Assembly (NCBI RefSeq): GCF_009914755.1
Contig: NC_060934.1
DNA: 64,000 nucleotides
DNA from: the human T2T-CHM13v2.0 reference genome, Homo sapiens
Direction: 5' to 3' (one strand)
Below are positions 61,829 through 64,000 of the stretch, piece by piece. Both the position numbers and the translations under genes were made by a program. The notes under the pieces were generated by a model, which was not told the origin of the DNA, searched no databases, and was given only the letters and a program-made list of their open reading frames with translations. Positions within the stretch are counted from its first letter, which is position 1, and each line of letters opens with the position of its first letter.

Positions 61829-63584
61829 CAGACATACCTTGGAGACACTGCAGGTTTAGTTCCAGACTACCTCAATAAAGCAAATACCTCATTAAAGTGA
61901 GTCACACACATTTTTAGTTTACCAATGCATATAAAAGATATGTTTACATTACATGGTAGTTGATTAAGTGTGCAATAGCATTGTGTCTTTAAAAAATGTA
62001 CATACTTTAATTAAAAAACCTTTTTTGCTAAAAAATGCTAGTGATCGCCTGAGCTTTCAGTGAGTCTTAATCTTTTTGCTGGTGGAGGGTCTTACCTCAG
62101 TGTTGATGGCTACTGATTGATCAGAATGATGGTTGCTGAAGGTTAGGATGGCTGTGGCAATTTCTTACGAAAGTCAACAATGAAGTTTGCCCCATCAATG
62201 GACTCTTCCTTCCATGAAAGATTTCTCTGTAGCATGTGATGCTGTCTAATAGCATTTTATTCAGAGTAGAACTTCTTTTACAATTGTCATCAATCCTCTG
62301 AAACTCTGCCACTGCTTTATCAACTAAGTTTATATAGTATTATACATTTTTGGTTTTCATTTCAACAATCTTTGTAGCATCTTCATCAGAAGACAAAGAA
62401 CCCATGTTCTTTGCTTATCCATTAGAAGCAATGTCTCATCCACTCAAGTTTTATCCTGAGATTGCAGAAATTCATTTATATCTTTAGGCTTAACTTCTAA
62501 TTACAGTTCTCTTGCTGTTTTCACCACCACTGCAGCTACTCTCTTTACTGAAGTCTTGAACCCCCTCAAAGTCATCCATGAGAGTTGAAATCAACTTCTT
62601 CCAAACTCCCATTATAATTGCTATTTTGACCTCCTCCTATGAATCATGAATGATACATAGAATAATACATCCTTTCCAGAGGTTTTCAATTTACTTTGCC
62701 GCAATCCATCAGAGGAATAACTGTGTCAGCTATAGCCTTACAAAATGTATTTCTTAAATAATAATAATAATAATAATACTTGAAAGTCATAATTACTCCC
62801 CTATCCATGGGGTACAGAAGGAATATTGTGTTAGCAGGCGTAAAAACATTAATCTTTTTGTACATCTTCATCAGACCTCTTTTGTGACCAGGTGCATTGT
62901 CAATGAGCAGTAATATTTTGTTTTTTATTTTAATATTAAAAAAAGGAATCTTTTTTTTCTGAGCAGTAAGTCTCAACAGTGGGCTTAAAATATTCAGCAA
63001 ATCATACTGCAAACACATGTGCTGTCATCCAGACTTTGTTACATTTATAGAGAACAGGCAGAGTAGATTTAGCATAATTCTTGAGGATTCTGGGATTTTG
63101 GGAATGGTAAATGATCATTGGCTTCGACTTGTAGTCACCAGCTGCATTATCCCCTGTCAAGAGCATCAGTCTGTCTTTGAAAGCTTTGAAGGCAGACACT
63201 GACTTCTCCTTTCTAGCTAGGAAAGTTCTAGATGACACCTTTTTTTCCAACAGAAGGCTGTTTTGTCTACGTTGAAAATTTGTTGTTCAGTGTAGTCACC
63301 TTCATCAATTTTCATAGCTAGATCTTCTGGATAACTTGCTACAGCTTCTACATCAGCACTTGCTGCTTCACCTTGCATTTTAAAATTATGGAGATGGCAT
63401 CTTTTCTTAAACTTTATGAACCTGTCAGTCTTAGCCTCCAACTTTTCTTCTTTAGCTTCCTTACCTCTCTCAGCCTTTAGAAAATTGAAGAGAGTTAGGG
63501 CTTTGCTCTGGATTAGGCTTTGTTGTGGCTTCTTACATTTTCTATTCAGATCACTAAAACTTTCTTCATATCAGCAATAAGGCT
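61829..63584 (-). mobile_element. Tigger1 DNA transposon (dead transposase), interrupted by MSTA
   Basis: TA plus TIR 'cagacataccttg'. Minus-strand ORFs carry pogo-type DDE transposase motifs ([25 protein letters not shown]). Confidence 0.92.
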
Positions 63585-63999
63585 TGTGTTTGTTCCCACA
63601 CAGCTTTAAAGAAATACCTGAGACTGGGTAATTTATAAAGAAAAGAGGTTTAATTGGCTCATGATTCCACAGGTTTTACAGAAGGTATGGTGGCATCTCC
63701 TTCTGGGGAGGCCTCAGGGAGCTTTTACTCATGGTGAAGGCCAAGTGGTAGCAGCCATCTTACATGACAGAAGCAGGATGAAGAGAGTGAAAGAGGCAGA
63801 GGTGCTACACACTTTTAAACAACCACATCTCGCAAGAATTCACTCACTATTGTGACGACAGTACCAAGGGGGACGCTGTTAAATCATCCATGAAGAATCC
63901 ACCCAATGGTCCAGTTGCCTCCCACCAGGCCCCACCTCCAACATTGGAGATTACAATTCAACATGAGGTTTTGTGAGGACACAGATTTAAACCATATCT
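63585..63999 (-). mobile_element. MSTA-type MaLR LTR
   Basis: 'aaagaaatacctgagactgggtaatttataaagaaaagaggtttaattggctca...ccaggccccacctccaacattgg...aaaccatatc'. Confidence 0.88.
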
Positions 64000-64000
64000 T

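Noticed and set aside
62121-63441. Domesticated TIGD-like transposase gene
   Set aside because: Frameshifted fragments, a (TAA)n expansion and an MSTA insertion indicate an ordinary dead Tigger1.

Overview
Primate (most likely human) genomic DNA lying inside the BICC1 gene (+ strand). The only host coding sequence I can support is a 70-bp exon at 36113-36182 (IMEETNTQIAWPSKLKIGAKSKK; BICC1 exon 3 by recall), flanked by long introns. The downstream intron holds a full-length processed FAM133B retrocopy (FAM133CP-like, 49506-51585, 15-bp TSD, multiple stops and frameshifts). The rest is intronic and repeat-rich. The dominant structure is a ~14-kb five-layer nest: MLT1 LTR > L1MA > full-length sense L1PA7 > LTR12 solo LTR > full-length antisense L1PA5-like element. 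It creates a ~5.6-kb imperfect inverted repeat and stacks an LTR12 promoter onto an L1 5'UTR. Other repeats include Alus (one a very young 73-bp AluYa5-like stub), MER57A, MER51A, THE1, MLT1, MSTA and LTR16 LTRs, Tigger1, a Tigger6-like element, MER20, L2 and MIR. I see no RNA genes, CRISPR arrays or new protein-coding system. The most unusual observations are mechanistic: a 31-bp FAM133 fragment carrying the ancestral codon at the 5' junction of a neighbouring truncated Alu, the giant L1 foldback with stacked promoters, a recent Alu-Alu tandem duplication and a perfect 19-bp template-switch palindrome. All gene and repeat subfamily names come from recalled consensus sequences, not from database searches.
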